Source: an uncultured Alphaproteobacteria bacterium (GTDB taxonomy: Bacteria; Pseudomonadota; Alphaproteobacteria; Methylaequorales; Methylaequoraceae). Taken from it: a stretch of DNA of 64,000 nt. Positions within the stretch are counted from its first letter, which is position 1, and each line of letters starts with the position of its first letter. The translations under genes and the position numbers were made by a program. Shown here in pieces: positions 63,162 to 64,000 of the stretch. The stretch lies in the NCBI GenBank assembly GCA_902530985.1, contig CACACI010000002.1, forward strand, positions 18,461 through 82,460. The letters are read 5' to 3'. The notes below the pieces were generated by a model. It was given only the letters and a program-made list of their open reading frames with translations. It was not told the origin of the DNA and searched no databases.

Positions 63162-64000
63162 GTGAAGCCCAAGAAACTTAGTATTTTTAATATTGGTGAG
63201 GAAGATTTAGAATTAATTCTCGCCAAGTTAAAAACATCAATCGTAAAGCTTAAAAATTCTAAAATCTTTATAACTGGTGGAACAGGATTTTTTGGAAAAT
63301 CTATATTAAGCGGATTATTACATCTAAATTTATCATTAAATTTAAATATTAAAATTTTTGTTTTATCAAGAAATCCAAAAAAATTTAAAAGAAAGTTTCC
63401 TGAGGTAAATAAATATAAAGAACTATTTTTTATTGAAGGTAATATTGTTAACTTTTCAACAATTGAAAATGGTTTTACTCATATTATTCATGGTGCTACA
63501 GAAACCTCAATTGAAGCACATCAAAAGATTTCCGATTTATCCGAAGTTATTATTGATGGCACTAGAAATATATTAAATTTTGCTAATAAAAAAAAAATTA
63601 ATAATATCCTTTATATTTCTTCGGGATCAGTTTATGGAAAACAGTCCATAAAAGACTTTATAAAGGTTAATGAAAACTCTGGTTTTTTTTTAAACTCGTC
63701 AAACTTTACTGATGCAAGCGGAATATTGAAAAAGTCTGCTGAATTACTTTGTAATTATTGGGCATCTGAAGCACCAGAAAAAACAATTAAAATTGCTAGA
63801 TGCTTTTCATTTGTAGGCCCATGGCTTCCCATTGACACTCATTTTGCTATAGGAAATTTTATAAAATCTGCAACAACAAATTCCGACATAATTATTCATA
63901 GCGATGGATCCTCGTTAAGAAGTTATTTGTATACATCAGATCTTGTTATTTGGTTGTTTAGAATTTTATTATTTGAAAAAAAGTTTCTTACCATAAATGT
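63162..64000 (+). CDS. NAD-dependent epimerase/dehydratase (SDR) family protein, 3'-truncated by the window edge
   Basis: Not in the ORF track, because the frame stays open to the window end. My translation gives KIFITGGTGFFGKSIL (Rossmann) ...ILYISSGSVYG. There is no in-frame ATG, so the start is a GTG at 63162 or 63123 and is uncertain. Confidence 0.7.
   Translation, partial: MKPKKLSIFNIGEEDLELILAKLKTSIVKLKNSKIFITGGTGFFGKSILSGLLHLNLSLNLNIKIFVLSRNPKKFKRKFPEVNKYKELFFIEGNIVNFSTIENGFTHIIHGATETSIEAHQKISDLSEVIIDGTRNILNFANKKKINNILYISSGSVYGKQSIKDFIKVNENSGFFLNSSNFTDASGILKKSAELLCNYWASEAPEKTIKIARCFSFVGPWLPIDTHFAIGNFIKSATTNSDIIIHSDGSSLRSYLYTSDLVIWLFRILLFEKKFLTIN

Noticed and set aside
1-64000. Looked for CRISPR arrays, IS elements, integrases, prophage genes, toxin-antitoxin pairs, restriction-modification or other defence systems, and tRNA, rRNA and tmRNA genes.
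   Set aside because: None was recognised by eye. The only repeated DNA motif found is the 16-nt sigma-54 element. A computational scan (tRNAscan-SE, Infernal, or defence-system HMMs) would be needed to exclude small RNAs.

Overview
The window is a strongly AT-rich (by eye about 30% G+C), gene-dense bacterial chromosome segment. No rRNA, tRNA, CRISPR array, transposase or integrase was recognised.

**Housekeeping block (nt 1-25,300).** It shows alphaproteobacterial-type synteny: metY, hemB, a serine/glyoxylate-hydroxypyruvate-glycerate module, bpt, lepB-rnc-era-recO, pdxJ, spoT-rpoZ-folK-smpB-dapA, slt and hsp20. It also holds a Fur-boxed Fe(III) ABC transporter and a ferritin-like/BASS/Mop/ABC operon.

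**Late-flagellar locus (about 25.3-46.8 kb).**
- It carries three FliS-like chaperone paralogs, four flagellin genes in two size classes, fliD and flgL.
- It also carries a 1,696-aa flgK, a rod-binding-only flgJ, and flgI, flgH and flgG. A ClC channel gene is embedded in the locus.

**Glycan island (about 48.5-64 kb, continuing past the window edge).**
- Genes for glycan assembly and transfer: an O-antigen-ligase-like protein, a TPR-glycosyltransferase fusion, a GT2, a KpsS/KpsC-like protein and an SDR.
- Genes for sugar biosynthesis: an RfbH-type 3-dehydrase, a NeuA-HAD fusion, a NeuB lacking the SAF domain and a TylF-type methyltransferase.
- A three-gene operon encoding a ThDP enzyme, a zinc-ribbon methyltransferase and a radical-SAM/SPASM enzyme.

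**Main result of the hunt.** A 16-nt sigma-54 type -24/-12 motif (TGGCAY-N5-TTGCW) recurs at least eight times.
- Copies lie in front of fliC, flgL, the flgG operon, a fliS-paralog operon, a methyltransferase and a hidden small ORF next to sixA.
- Copies also lie in front of both sugar operons. This suggests one sigma-54 regulon that couples flagellar assembly to synthesis of an unusual glycan, most likely for flagellin glycosylation.
- Three copies sit exactly 11 nt from an ATG, which would give leaderless transcripts.

**Limits.** All calls rest on reading the sequence and on remembered family motifs. No database search was possible, and I scanned for motifs by eye mainly in intergenic regions.
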